Translations under genes and position numbers: made by a program
In this document: one piece after another, positions 13,409 through 26,200 of the stretch
How positions within the stretch are numbered: position 1 is the first letter of the stretch
How the letters are laid out: each line of letters opens with the position of its first letter
NCBI GenBank assembly: GCA_002104905.1
Contig: MCFE01000001.1
Span: forward strand, 124,001 to 188,000
Direction: 5' to 3'
From: Basidiobolus meristosporus CBS 931.73
Lineage: Eukaryota; Fungi; Basidiobolomycota
Length of the DNA: 64,000 nucleotides
Notes under the pieces: generated by a model
The model's input: only the letters and a program-made list of their open reading frames with translations
Databases searched by the model: none
Told to the model about the DNA's origin: nothing

Positions 13409-16400
13409 TGTTGCAGGGGTTCTGGAGATATTGGAAGTGATTTGGAGAACAAGTAGATTATGTGGTTTTCACTTAATGATTTTTTGAATGTATAAGCAAC
13501 ACTTATATTTTACATGGTCTTGACAAAGTAAACACATAGAATAGGCTTAGGAAGGTCCCAAGAACATGTGTGTGAAAGTTTGGGGCTGTTTAGACAACCT
13601 ATCTAATTTTCATGTTCTGGGTGTCTGATATTTTGGTGAAATATTCTAAGTAAATGCCAACAAGGAATTTGGCCGTATTCTCTAGGATTTGAAGGTAATG
13701 ATCTCAGTGACTAAGTCAAGTGAATATTTAGGTGGATTACAAATCTTTACAACATTCCCACTCCACTAAATATTCATACTGACCAGTCCTAATTTTGACC
13801 TAAGATATTCAAACTTGTCACTAGCAAATGGTTTGGTAAATATACCTGTAATCATTTAATCTGTAAGTCAGTGAACTAAATTAACAAGGTTATTTTCTAT
13901 AGCTTCACATATGAAATGATGTCTGATATCTACTGTGCTTAGTTCTAGCATGAAAAGTTGGATATCTACCTAATTCTATGCATCCTTGATTATCTGGAAA
14001 TAAAGAAATAGGCATTTTTTAACATAGGCCTAAATCTATCAAAAGCTTTCTTAACCACATTGCTTCTTTTGTAGCTTCACAGGATGCCATATACTCTGCC
14101 TCTGTGGAAGAAAGTGCTACAGTTGGTTGCTTTCTTGCATTCCATGAAATTGCTCCTTTACAGTAAAGAAAGGTGCATCCTGTGGTGGATCTTCTGTCTT
14201 CCAAATTTTGTCCCCAATCAGCATCAGAGTATCCCACAAGATCCTGTTCTGAATCCTTACAAGTGTATCTTAAGCAGATATCAGCAGCTCCTTTTAGGTA
14301 TCTAAAAATCTGCTTAACAGTTACAATATGATCAGATCCATAGTTCTGATTATGCTGGCTGACAACTCCCACTGAATATGAGATATCTGGACGTGTTCCT
14401 AAGCATGATATGCATCAGACTGCCAACCATAGATTGATAAGGAAAGTCAGGACTTTCAGATGGCACCAAGCTCTCTTGATTTGGTTGACGTTTTGACCAA
14501 GTTAAGGTTTGTCCCCATTAGGGTAGCTGCTGGTTTACAGTCTTTCATATGGTACATCTTTAGTATATCTTGATTATACTTGGACTGGCTTAGGGTGATA
14601 GTCTGTGTGCTTCTGTCTATGGAAAACTCAATCCCTAAGTAGTAACTGAGTTCTCCTAGATCAGACATCTTGAACTCCTTAGATAGGCTGGATTTAGTCT
14701 CTTCTAATGTTGCTAGGTTATTGGCAGCTATAATTAGGTCATCCATATATAGAGCTAATAGAACTGGATTTGCTCTATCTGGCTTATAGTATATACTATA
14801 GTCAGCATTACTCCTTTTGCAACTCCAAGATTACAAATAAGAATCTATTGTGCAATTCCAGGCTCTTGGTGATTGTTTGAGACCATATGGAGACTTTTTA
14901 AGCTTGCAGACCAAATGGGGGTTATCTTGGTCAGGAAACCCATCAAGCTGGTCCATATACATGTCCTCATCAAGTGCTCCATTCAAAAATGCAGTTTTTA
15001 CATCCATTTGTTGTATAAAACTATATTTGGCTGCAATAGCCAATATTAATATGATGGAATAAAACTTGGCTACCAGTGCAAAGATCTCAGTATAGTCACG
15101 TCCTTTTGTCTGAGAGTATCCTTTGGCCACAAGTCTTGTCTTGAATCTTTCAACTGTACCATCAGCCTTGTATTTTGTCTTGAAGACCCATCTGCATCCA
15201 ATTGATTTTGGGTTGATTGGCAATCTGACCAAGACCCAAGTTTGCTTTTCCATCAGGGCCTGATATTCCTCAGTCATTGCAGATCTCCTAAACCTTGTCT
15301 GAGGGCTATTTAGGGCCTCTTTTACAGTCTGGGGCTCATGAATATGGACTGAATAGACACAGGCTAAGTTTGTATCCTCATTGATACAGTAATTTGCGCT
15401 CTTACTTGTCCAGTTGGATCTCCAGGCATTTGATACTGGAATGATCTCTTCTAGGATATTCCTAGGCACTGATCCAGGCTGAACCATGGTTGTGGAGCTC
15501 TCTGGAGTGAAAAAATTCTCACTGTTTGGCACTGATTCAATTCTGACAAGTGGTGGACTTGAGATCAGATTTTGGTCATCATCTGATGTCATTTTTTGCA
15601 AAAATTTTGAATTTTCATCAAGCAATGCATCCCTGGACATGATTAGCTTCTTTGCTTTTGTTTTGTAGAGTCTGTATGCTTTACTCTCCTTGCAGTAGCC
15701 CAAAAATATGCATTTTACACTTTTTGGCTCAAATTTGACTGATTTCCAATCAGTATCTTGGCATATGCTGTACACCCAAATATTCTTAGATGCTCTGCAC
15801 TTGGTCTGTATCCATGCCATGCTTCAAATGGAGTAGAAGCACAAAGTATTCTGTTATAACGCCTATTTTTAAGGTATACAGCTGTGGCAACTGATTCTAC
15901 CCAAAAATCATCAGATAATTTTTTGATCATGAATCATAGATCTTGCAATATCAATTATTGATCTGTTTGCATGTTCTGCTACTCCATTTTGCTGTGGGAA
16001 GTATGGTACAGCAGTCTCTTGCTTTATCCCATGAATTTTGCAGAAGTGGATGAAGAGTTTTGAGGTATATTCTCCACTATTATCAGAGCATATTTTCTTG
16101 ATTTTTTCACCAGTTTCTCTCTCCACCATGGCTTTAAACTCCCTGAGCTTAGACAGAGCTTCTTCCTTTCTCTCCATGAAGTAGACCCATGTGTATCTTG
16201 TATAATCATCAATAAAAGTGACTAAATACTTCATCCTGCCTAAATTTTGCATAGGTCCACACAGATCTGAGTGAATTAGATCTAATTTTTTCTTAGTTTT
16301 GATTAACCCAGAGCTCTTGAACAATTGCCTGGCTTGTTTCCCATATATACAGGCTTTGCTGTGCTTCAAATTAGCTGGGGGATCAGTTTTTACTCCGGAA

Positions 16401-18084
16401 ATTAGCTGATCTTTGAAAATTTTGCGCAAATAATCAAAATTGATGTGCCCATATCTCCTGTGCCAAAGCATTGGTGCTTCTTCATTTAAGTTACTTATAT
16501 TGGCTTTTAGATATGATGGAATATAAGTCAACTTATATATATTCTGATCTCTGATACCCAAAGCAATATGGGCACCATTTTGATCAGTGATCTTGCATCC
16601 AGAATTGTCAAAGCTGAAACTGAGTCCTTCTGCTGTGGCCTTGCTTAGAGATAGTAGGTTCTTGGCTATTTCTGGTATATAGAGTACTTCTTTGAAGGTC
16701 AGTGTATGGCTTCCTTCACTGCTTCTAAGGTTTACTTGGATAGTTCCTTCTCCCACTGCATCAAGTGTTCTATTGTCACCCATGAAAACCTTCTTAATTG
16801 GAATTTCTTGATGTTGAGTAAAAAGTTCTTTTTGGTGTGTAAAGTGTTGAGATGCTCCAGGGTCAATGTACTGTGTCTGAGAATCCTCTTATGTGGTCAT
16901 CCTCAGTTCAGTTATGAATAGTCTATCTTCAGTTATTGCAGCATTTCCATAAGCAGGCTTCTTTTGCTGATTATCTCTCTTTGTGAGACACCGGTCTGAT
17001 GTGTGTCCTTTACATTTGCAGTAGTTGCAAAACAGGTTGCTGTTGCCTTTGTAAGGTCTTAGGTACCTTCTTTGTTGGTTATCATTGCTTATTAAAGCAT
17101 TTTCTTCTTCCTTCTTGTTGGCACTTGATTTCCTTAATTCTTCATCCAGGAGCCTTCCATTTACATGATTTAAGATCAAATCTTCAGTTCTGGACTCTAG
17201 GGCTGATACAAGGCCCTAAAGCTTGTCTGTCAGGCTATTCAGGATGATTACTATCATATCCTCATCAGTAGTTGGTATGCCCACAGATTCCATCTCATCT
17301 ACCAGCAGGGTAACTCTGTTAATTGGATTTTCCATTTCTTCTCTTGGCTGCATCTTTGTAGTAAAGAGTTTTTGTCTCAGATACATTTTCTTAGCGGCTG
17401 AACATGACTGGTAGGTGTCTTCTGATGCCTTCCAGGCATTCTTTGCTGTTTTTGCTCTTGAGCATTGAATTAGCAATTTGTCTTTAACATTAAGGCAAAT
17501 GCAGTTGAAGGCACTTTGTTCTTTCTTCTAGTACTTTAAGGCTTCCTCTCCCATGTCTTAATGATGGCATTCTTCTCCCATGACAAAATCCCAAAGGCCT
17601 CTTTCTTGTAGCAGAATCTTCATCTTCACCTTCCACACTTAGTAGTTAGATCCATCCAACTTTTCAGCAGAGAAAAAGGTTCCAGTAATAGCAGTAGTAG
17701 ACATTGCAAAAAGTGGCAGCTTGGGGCTCATGACCTGTTGTAAGAGTCTTGGAGATACTGGAAGTGATTGGAAGAACAAGTAGATTATGTGGTTTTCACT
17801 AAATGATATATTCAATGTAAAAGTAGTATTTATACTTTTACAAGGTCTTGGCATACCAAACACATAAAATAGGCTTAGGAAGGTCCCAAGAGCATGTGTG
17901 CAAAGCTTGGGGCTGTTAGGACAACTTTGAGAATTTTCATGTTCTGGGTATCTAGTATGTTGGTGAAAATATTCTAATTAAATCCCAACAAGGAATTTGG
18001 TCAGTATTCTCTAGGACTTGAAGGTAATGATCTAGGTGACCAAGTTAGGTGAATATTTAGGTGGAATTACAAACTTTTACAACA
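13409..18084 (-). mobile_element. Degenerate Ty1/copia LTR retrotransposon
   Basis: LTRs at about 13409-13754 and 17736-18084 (TG...ACAACA); PBS GGTCATGAGCCCC; PPT AGTGGAGTGGGAA. Broken ORFs give gag (KLDGSNY, CNYCKCKGHTSDRC), GAG-pre-integrase LWHRRYGH, integrase IHSDLCGP, RT QMDVKTAFLNG and MDDLII, and RNase H GYSDADW. Confidence 0.92.
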
Positions 18085-18718
18085 ATTTATACATTTACAT
18101 GATTTTGGTAAGAAAACATGTAGAATATGATTAGGAAAGTCCCAAAGCATCTATGCAATATGAGGGGCTGTTTGAGCACCTGAGCATTTTTTCATGTTCT
18201 GGGTGTCTAAAATCTTAGTCATAACTATGCAAGTAAATCCCAAAAGGAAATTTGATAAGAATTCTCTAATATATGTTGACTGTGTTCCATGTGACTAAGC
18301 TAAGGAAATACCTAGGTGCAACTACAAATTTTCAACACTCAAGAGAGCTCCAGAGGGCTGTGGGAAAAGCCAGGAACTATTTTGATGTGCTTTAACATTG
18401 GGAGCCTCATTTCAATAAGAGTTGAAGTTTACAGTAAGAAAGTAAGTCAAGGTTGATGAAAGTCAATATAACAGTTACAAAGAGCTATTACCAAGTATGT
18501 ATTTAATTAGACATTAGGCAGCATATTTGCAACTGATGAGCTGTCTCCAACCTCCAAAAGAAAACTGCATTGCCTACATTTTTTATGCATATTATTATTG
18601 TCCACTATAGAATTCTCAGTTAAGTAAAAGCCTGGTTGAGGTTGGTGTTTTAAGACAGATTCAGTGCTTATCAGCTATAGCAATACACAAGTTGTAGTTA
18701 CACAATCCAACAATACAG

Positions 18719-19333
18719 CTACTCAGTAACACACCTAGGGTTTTCAAGAGCTGTCCTAAATCTAGTCTGAGACATCCCAACACCCATGTATTCATCAGTT
18801 GCCAAGCCCTTCAAAGCCCACGGGTGCGTAGCCAACACTGCTGGTAGCCCATCTAAATGAACTGTAAGCTGTTGTTTTGCCTCATGTAGTCTGATGAGCC
18901 CAAGTGCTATTTGCCTTCCAGTATCTGGCCACCAGAGCCAATATTGCCCACAAGATTGCTCAAACGTATAACACCCAAATAATGGGTAAGAACCTTCATA
19001 GGAATTAGTCCAATATGCTTGCGTGGTCAATCCATCAGTGTCCATCAGATAGGACACAGAAGGCTCTTGCATGGTAAGGCCCTGCTTTATGACTTGCCCT
19101 CCAGCAAGGTGATAAGCACATACTTTCACAATGGGGGTATGATAGGGTACATACTCAGCTATATATGCAGGAACTGATTCTAACTGACCCAGAGGCCAAT
19201 AATCAAAATAGCCTTCAAGTGTTTGTCCATGTTCAATGGCAACATACCTAGCCAAGGGTGTGCGAGGAGGTGTTATTTCTTCCCAACCTTGCTCTATATG
19301 ATCATATACTGGCCACCACGGCTCCGAGAGCAA
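18719..19333 (-). CDS. Hypothetical 204-aa ORF, no recognised domain
   Basis: Open 615-nt frame with protein-like composition in a CpG-poor region. Confidence 0.3.
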   Translation of the reverse strand: MLSEPWWPVYDHIEQGWEEITPPRTPLARYVAIEHGQTLEGYFDYWPLGQLESVPAYIAEYVPYHTPIVKVCAYHLAGGQVIKQGLTMQEPSVSYLMDTDGLTTQAYWTNSYEGSYPLFGCYTFEQSCGQYWLWWPDTGRQIALGLIRLHEAKQQLTVHLDGLPAVLATHPWALKGLATDEYMGVGMSQTRFRTALENPRCVTE

Positions 19334-19669
19334 AGAAGAGTTAGGTAGACAGCCTCACTGCTGACTATACGTATAAATCTGCCTTAGCCGTAAATACCAT
19401 AAACGCTGAGCTGTAAATTACTCCGAAATGTATTTGAAGTCCATGGTATTTGGTCACATTTTATATTCCTTCTGTATCTGCATTGATATACATTCAGTAT
19501 CAAGTAAACATAACGGCTATATTTTTCCTGGGACGCCAAAGTGCATACCCCTTTCTTCCAGCCCCTTGTAACTCAATCATAATGGATATTGCCAATATTC
19601 CCCAACAGAACGGTAAAACAAGAATTATTGTTGAATCATATACCATTAATGCTAACCCTATCCAACAAT

Positions 19670-19743
19670 GTCTTCGTGGTGTAGTTGGTTATCACGTCTG
19701 TCTAACACACAGACGGTCCTCGGTTCGAATCCGAGCGAAGACA
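19670..19743 (+). tRNA. tRNA-Val(AAC)
   Basis: Cloverleaf GTCTTCG...TCTGT CT AAC AC ACAGA...TTCGAAT...CGAAGAC A; T-run downstream. Confidence 0.95.
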
Positions 19744-19952
19744 TAACTTTTTTCACCAGCAAGCGTGCTACCCCAGTGACTATACTCAAAGTAGCATTAT
19801 TATTATTATTACCGCTGTATAGTATCGTAGTACCGGTGGTGATGGTTGGCAACAGCGAACCACTCCTCCAGAGTGGCACCTGGAGTGATCTCACGGTACA
19901 CATCCTACATTGATTCGACCTGAATTTACACCCATAGTAAACAGACAGAGAT

Positions 19953-20484
19953 ATTGAGTGGGTGGTGCAGAAGAAGGGTTGCTATCACCGAACCATGCTC
20001 AAGGGACAAGTGCGACGACCATAATGAGTCCATATAGAGCAGGCGTTTCTATTAGCATTGTCAAGGGGATTAATATGGTTGTCTGATTGTTGTTTCTTTG
20101 ATTGTTTTGAAGAGAAGAATAGTGCTAGTGAAGCCCCAAAAGGGCTCGGCGTCACCTAGAGGTAGTGCAATACTAGGGACACCTGTGGGCAGACAAGTGT
20201 GCAAGCAGGGACTTATCACCCGATGTTCAAAAATAAGTTTAATATCGAACTGGACTATGTCCAGTGTTTCAGATATTAAGCTGAAAAGAACAGATACTAC
20301 ACTTGATCTTAGCCAAAAGGCCTGAGAGGATTGTAAGGATCTCCGGTGACATGGCGACTTTATTTATACTTACCAATGTTGCATGGGAAGCGGTTTAAAT
20401 TATCAACGCTTTTTGAATTTTTATTCATAGTTTCGTATGTAGAACTGTGGTGTGGACCACATGTGTGTAGTTTTGCATTGGATC
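19953..20484. repeat. 532-bp direct repeat, copy 2 (U2 cassette)
   Basis: Matches 11640-12171. Confidence 0.95.
20143..20331 (-). ncRNA. U2: U2 spliceosomal snRNA, copy 2
   Basis: Same sequence as copy 1. Confidence 0.95.
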
Positions 20485-20736
20485 GAAGATTGACCTTAGA
20501 AAGCGTGAAATCATGGAATTATTAGCACATATGTATATTGGATAGCCCTTGAATCGGATTAAATTGGCAGATGGCCTATGGTAGAGTAGTGAGATGGGAT
20601 GGGATTGTTTGGAATATCCTTAATGTGAAGATGGTAACGAACCAAGGCCAGAGCCATATAGGAGGGTGGATGTTTCGACACACACTCCAGAGTGCAGGCT
20701 ATCATAAACAATTGATGGCTGCGAAGCAAAAGAAAG

Positions 20737-20808
20737 GGGCTCAACCGGGAATTGAACCCGGGACCTCTCCCACCCTAAGGGAGAATTATACCACTAAACC
20801 ATTGAGCC
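20737..20808 (-). tRNA. tRNA-Pro(AGG)
   Basis: GGCTCAA...CTCCC TT AGG GT GGGAG...TTCAATT...TTGAGCC C. Confidence 0.95.
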
Positions 20809-21183
20809 AAGGATACATATGTTGAGTAAATATTTCATTATTTTGGCTAGCCCAGACCAAGGGCTTGGCTAGTTCAGAGTGTTCAACCTGTAAGTCAAGA
20901 ATTGATGCATAATCGACATGGCCAGTGACGTGTTGGTGGAGAGGCTAAATTATTCTCCCTTTGAACGAGTAGGATTGGAGACGGACTCAACTAATGTATC
21001 CGTTGCAGCACAGTCCATGATATACAAGCGTCGGGTGATAGGGTGGTTGAACCAAATAGAGGCACAGGGTACATCCATAGCTGATGAAGGCATATTTTGC
21101 ACGAATACTTACTACAATTAGACGATGGCATTTGGAAGGTATAAAAAATGTTATAAATACAAAATTCCGGAGACTCACATAAT

Positions 21184-21256
21184 GGGGGTCTAGCTCAGAT
21201 GGTAGAGCGCTCGCTTAGCATGCGAGAGGCACTGGGATCGATACCCAGGTCCTCCA
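21184..21256 (+). tRNA. tRNA-Ala(AGC)
   Basis: GGGGGTC...CTCGC TT AGC AT GCGAG...ATCGATA...GTCCTCC A. Confidence 0.93.
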
Positions 21257-21399
21257 TTTTGATTTGACTGGATGGTCAATATTCAAGGGTCTTTTTATGC
21301 CACTCATTAAGCACAGTAGCAAGCTGGCCTGACTGGTAGAGGGGGACACACCCATTCGATACCTGATCTTTTTACTTGCCCAACCAACCATCTGGAAAA

Positions 21400-21471
21400 A
21401 GATTGCACACGGATTTGAACCACCAACCTATCGATCTGCAGCGAATTGCTCTACCACTGAGCTATACCTCT
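21400..21471 (-). pseudogene. tRNA-Cys(GCA)-like, probable pseudogene
   Basis: D arm and anticodon region (GCTCAGTGGTAGAGC...CT GCA GA) are intact, but the T stem (GGTGG/CCGTG) and acceptor stem mispair. Confidence 0.7.
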
Positions 21472-21597
21472 AGAAGAGTGTTGCGCATGCAAATATGCGA
21501 CCCTGCTCAGTAGCGAGAGTACACCATATATACCAACCAGCCAATGTCATGCATGGCTTCTGATTATTGCTCTAGTGTGAAAAAGATGAAAAGTTAT

Positions 21598-21670
21598 CAC
21601 CCAACGTGGGGGTCGAACCCACAACCTTGAGATTAAGAGTCTCACGCTCTACCGATTGAGCTAGCCGGGC
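21598..21670 (-). tRNA. tRNA-Lys(CTT)
   Basis: GCCCGGC...TGAGA CT CTT AA TCTCA...GTTGGGT G. Confidence 0.95.
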
Positions 21671-21878
21671 TTACATATTTCAGAGACAGTAAACTAGACT
21701 ATAGTTCTAAAGTAAATAGAAATACTTCTTGTCCTATATATTTATTTGTGAGCCAGCTCAATATAAGCACAAGACCACTGATCTGAAGCTAACCATCATG
21801 ACATAATAGGAGTCTTCTACATAGATATCCATTTAGTTTGACATAAGCTGTGTGTTTAATCCAGAGCGATTGTTAGAA

Positions 21879-21952
21879 GCTCTTGTGGCGCAATTGGCTA
21901 GCGCGTCTGACTGTTAATCAGGAGGTTGGTGGTTCAAGCCCACCCAGGAGCG
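21879..21952 (+). tRNA. tRNA-Asn(GTT)
   Basis: GCTCTTG...TCTGA CT GTT AA TCAGG...CAGGAGC G. Confidence 0.95.
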
Positions 21953-22194
21953 TTCTTTTTGCTGAATCTTAGTTAGGGGGCAACATTTTCCCAGAGATTT
22001 CATTGAATCGATTATTTCAATGTCCGAAATTGCCAGGGAAATAATACCCCACCACAGCCTTGGACCGAAGGGCTATCATTATTGTCTGCGATCCACCAGA
22101 GAAGATGGTGAACTTCCAAGATGTAGGGAAAAAGAAAAGCATTGTTAAACTCCCTTGCCCTTTAGTACGATCAGCATTGACGACAGAAAAAAAT

Positions 22195-22279
22195 TCCGAA
22201 CACCCGGATTTGAACCAGGGACCTAAAGATTGCTATGTAACACTACAGTCTTCCGCTCTACCAACTGAGCTATGTTCGG
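22195..22279 (-). tRNA. tRNA-Tyr(GTA) with 12-nt intron
   Basis: CCGAACA...GAAGA CT GTA G[tgttacatagca]A TCTTT...TGTTCGG A; C1:G72. Confidence 0.93.
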
Positions 22280-22558
22280 TAACTAGTGTGCCAGAATAGA
22301 AATACTTTCATCAACATATCCACTTATTGAAAAACAAGCTTACTAGTTAGTTCAGCCCTGACGTAGCAAGAAGCACACCGGTGCCCCACAATGCAGGGCA
22401 AAATTCGCTTCATTCTCCCAAGTCGAATACATCTAAATCTGATACGGTATAGTAAAGGAATGATGCTTCTTGAATGATATACCGAAAACGAGATAGATGA
22501 TGTGGCTAGGGCATTCAACAAGAATCTAGTATACAAATCAACCAAGAATTGTGTAAAT

Positions 22559-22641
22559 GGAGAGATGGCCGAGTTGGTCTAAGGCGTCACGTTAAGGCCG
22601 TGATCTCTTCGGAGGCGTGGGTTCGAATCCCACTCTCTTCA
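22559..22641 (+). tRNA. tRNA-Leu(AAG)
   Basis: GGAGAGA...TCACG TT AAG GC CGTGA, long variable arm, TCTCTTC A. Confidence 0.95.
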
Positions 22642-22885
22642 TTCCTTTTCAACCAGTCTTGGTTGAAATTTTCTTTTAATAAGAGTGATAGAGAAAGGGG
22701 GATGGAGTAATAAGCCTGAGGGTAGAAGTATTCGGCACAAGAAGTTTCTACTGCATTTTTCTGAAGCAAAGTAATGAAATTTAACATAGGGGAAAGCCTT
22801 GCCACCTACAAACACAAACCCGGCGGCCATCATCATTGTAAACCCAGGAATAAAAAACTTTGGGATTTGCTCCAAAAAAAATATT

Positions 22886-22958
22886 TGCCTTCTGCCGGAA
22901 TCGAACCAGCGACCTTCTGCTTACTAGGCAGACGCTCTGCCAACTGAGCCAAGGAGGC
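22886..22958 (-). tRNA. tRNA-Thr(AGT)
   Basis: GCCTCCT...TCTGC CT AGT AA GCAGA...AGAAGGC A. Confidence 0.95.
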
Positions 22959-22969
22959 AACGCTTACGT

Positions 22970-23279
22970 TGTTATGAATCGAGGGCAAGCGGAGGAGGAC
23001 CGGAGGATGTCCAATACGAATCAGAGAGGTTATCTGAATAGTTGATGAACCGGTAAAAGGTTGATGCTTTATTGATAGTGTTCAAAGGAGTTTATATAGA
23101 GATAGCCTCGGAGGGAGAGCTTCCGATAACGTAGGGCAAGCTTCCAAAAGGAGGGTTCAAGATGTATTAAATAACGTGTGTATCACTGAGTGCGATTGAT
23201 CGTCTGTGTGGAATTCCAGGTGTTCGATCAGTAGTGTTCAAGTGATCGGTAGTGACTAGTTAGGATTTAAATCATAACA
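22970..23279 (-). repeat. 3' LTR of the intact gypsy element
   Basis: TG...CA termini, adjacent PPT; sequence matches the LTRs at 33443 and 39438. Confidence 0.95.
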
Positions 23280-23290
23280 TACTCCCACAC

Positions 23291-26200
23291 TTAAAGAGGT
23301 TCTTCTCCTGAAGAGTCCTGTCTATCGGACTTGTAATACCAGTATTTGGTTGGTGGTGTCATTGGGTTTTTTAGCTGTGCTTCCTTTAGTCGGTCTCTAT
23401 GCACTAGGTCCTCCTTTACTTTACCTGACATGTCTGCGAGTTGAAATGTATTGAAGGGCATTTCTCTTGTGATAATAAAGGGTCCAACCCAATGTGGTTC
23501 TAGTTTTAGCCTACTTTCATTTCGGACTAATACAAGTTTTCCCAAAGTTAAGGGTTTTGTTACCACTGTTTTGTTGTACTGTTCTTTCATCTTCTCTGCT
23601 TGTCGTTTTAAATTCTTGATGGCATCATGTCTTGCATGTCCTAATTCTTCCAGTTCCCTTGTTCTGAATTCTGCCAAGTCTTTTTGGTTCTTTAAGTCCC
23701 AGATGTATGGTGGTAAGGTATCACCTGGGATTCTTGGATGTGTACCATACACTAGGTAGAAGGGGGACTTTTGTGTTGCTGAATGGACTCTAATACGACA
23801 GGCAAAGAGTGCTTGATGTACAAATTCATCCCACTTATGTTTGGCTCCTTTGACATAAGTAGTCAGCATCTTCCCAAAGAGTCCATTGAACCTCTCTGTG
23901 ACCCCATTTGTTCTAGGGTGGTATGCTGATGTCTTCAAATGTCTAACCCCCATTATCTGAAGGTATTCTTTCAAGGTTTGTTCCAAAAAGTTTGCTCCTC
24001 TGTCAGACAGAATTTCACCTGGGCATCCAAACTGCATAAAGATTTCCAGGTAAAGGAATTTTGCAACATTTTTTGCAGTAGCTGCTGGCATGGCTTTTGC
24101 TATACACCACTTAGTGGTATGGTCAATTGCAGTTATGATCCACTTGTTCCCTCTTGAAGTTTCAGGCAATATTCCAATGAAGTCAATTCCCCATCTGTAG
24201 AATGCTGGAACTGGAGTCAGTGGTTCTAATGGGGCATGTTCCTTGTTGTATGGTCTAGCCAGCTGGCACTCAGGGCAGGTCTTGAGGGTCTCAGCTATAA
24301 ATTGTTTGAGTTTAGGCCACCAGGCTCTCCTTTTAGTTATTTCATAAGTTCCTTGGATGCCCAGATGTCCAAAGGCTTTATGATTCTTGATTATCATGTC
24401 ACCTCTGTATACAAATGGAATATATGGTACAGGCCCTATTTCTTCCATGTGTCTGTAAAGTACCTCGTCTTCACCATATGAGAAATTCTCTGCTTCTTTC
24501 TTAATCTTGACCCTTACTTCCTGTGATAAATCTTCTGGCATTGTCTGACTTGCCAAGTACTCTGGCATGTATTCTGGCCAGTCCAACTCATGATCTACCA
24601 TTGATATATGTTGCCTTGAGAGTGCATCAGCAACTGTATTCTTTGGCCCAGGGAGGTAGTGGATTTTAAAATCAAATTGTTGTAGTTCTTCAATCCATCT
24701 AGTTATTCTTCTGGATAATAGCTTCTGGGTGTGAATGTATCTTAGGGATGCATGATCTGTATATACCACAAAGTGTTTGCCCTCCAAGTAGCATCTCCAC
24801 ACTCTCAGACAATGTAGTATGGCATAGAGTTCTTTTTCATGGACTGGGTAGTTTTGTTCAGTTACTGATAGCTTTTTGGACTCATAAGCAACCGGGTGTT
24901 CTTTTTGAGTCAGTACCCCTCCAACAGCTAGATCTGAAGCATCAGTGTATACACAGAAAGGTTCTGAGAAATCAGGCAACTGAAGCACAGGGGTTTGGCA
25001 TAGCTTTTCTTTCAGAGTTAGGAAAGCTGTCTCACAGTTTGGGGTCCATATATAGTCTTTCTCTTTTTTGGTCAAGTCTGTAAGGGGGGCTGCAATAGTT
25101 GCAAAGTCCCTGATGAATCTTCTGTAATATGATGCAAGTCCCAGGAAGGATCTCATTTCAGTGAGTGACTTTGGGGCTTCCCATTTCTGGATAGCATCTA
25201 TCTTGGCTGGATCCATGTGTAGTCCTTTATCTGAGATTATGTGACCAAGGTATTCAACTGATCTGGTGAGGAATTCACACTTAGGAAGTTGTGCATATAG
25301 CTTGTGCTTTTTTAGTATAGCCAGTACTGTCTTCAAGTGCTTCATGTGGTCATCCATGCTGGTACTATAGATCAGAATGTCATCTAAGTAGACCAGGACA
25401 AATTTCTCTAAATATGGTTCCAGGATGCTATTCATGAGTGTCTGAAATGTTGCTGGGGCATTAGTCAGGCCAAAGCTCATCACAACAAACTCATAATGAC
25501 CATATCTTGTGTTGAATGCTGTCTTAGAGGTGTCTTCAGGCTTAATTCTGATTTGGTGATATCCAGATGCCAGGTCTATTTTAGAGAATATCTTTGCCTT
25601 CCCCAGTTGGTCAAAGAGGGCATCAATTCTTGGTAATGGGTAGGAATTTCTGACAGTGATTGCATTTAGGGCCCTGTAGTCCACACAGAACCGTAGCTTC
25701 CCATCCTTCTTTGGAGCAAAGAGTACTGGAGCTCCCCATGGTGATTTACTGGGTTTTATCCAGCCTTTAGCCAGGTAGTCCTTCAATGTTTCCTTCAAAG
25801 TCTCCATTTCCTTTGGGGAGAACTTATATGGGGCTCTGTTTCTTGGTTTATCATCTGTTACTTCTATGGCATGGTCAATCTCTCTGCTTGGGGGTAGTGC
25901 AGGGATTTCCTTGGGAAAAACCTCTTGAAACTCTGCTAACAAGGTCTTGAGCCTGTCATTTGTCACTTCTGTGGTCTCTTGGATTTTGGCAAAGGCTATC
26001 ATGTGCAACAGTTTGGGATTCTGTCTGATAGAGTGGGCAAACTGTTTCTTTGATATGGTGTGTTCTGGTGCATTGCCTTTGTCCAGGGTTGGTTTGGGTG
26101 ACAGATGATATTTTGCATCATCCTTGTTGATTACAACTTCCTGAGTCTGCCAGTTTATGTCAGGATTGTGCTTTCTTAGCCAAGTTTGTCCCACATTGAT

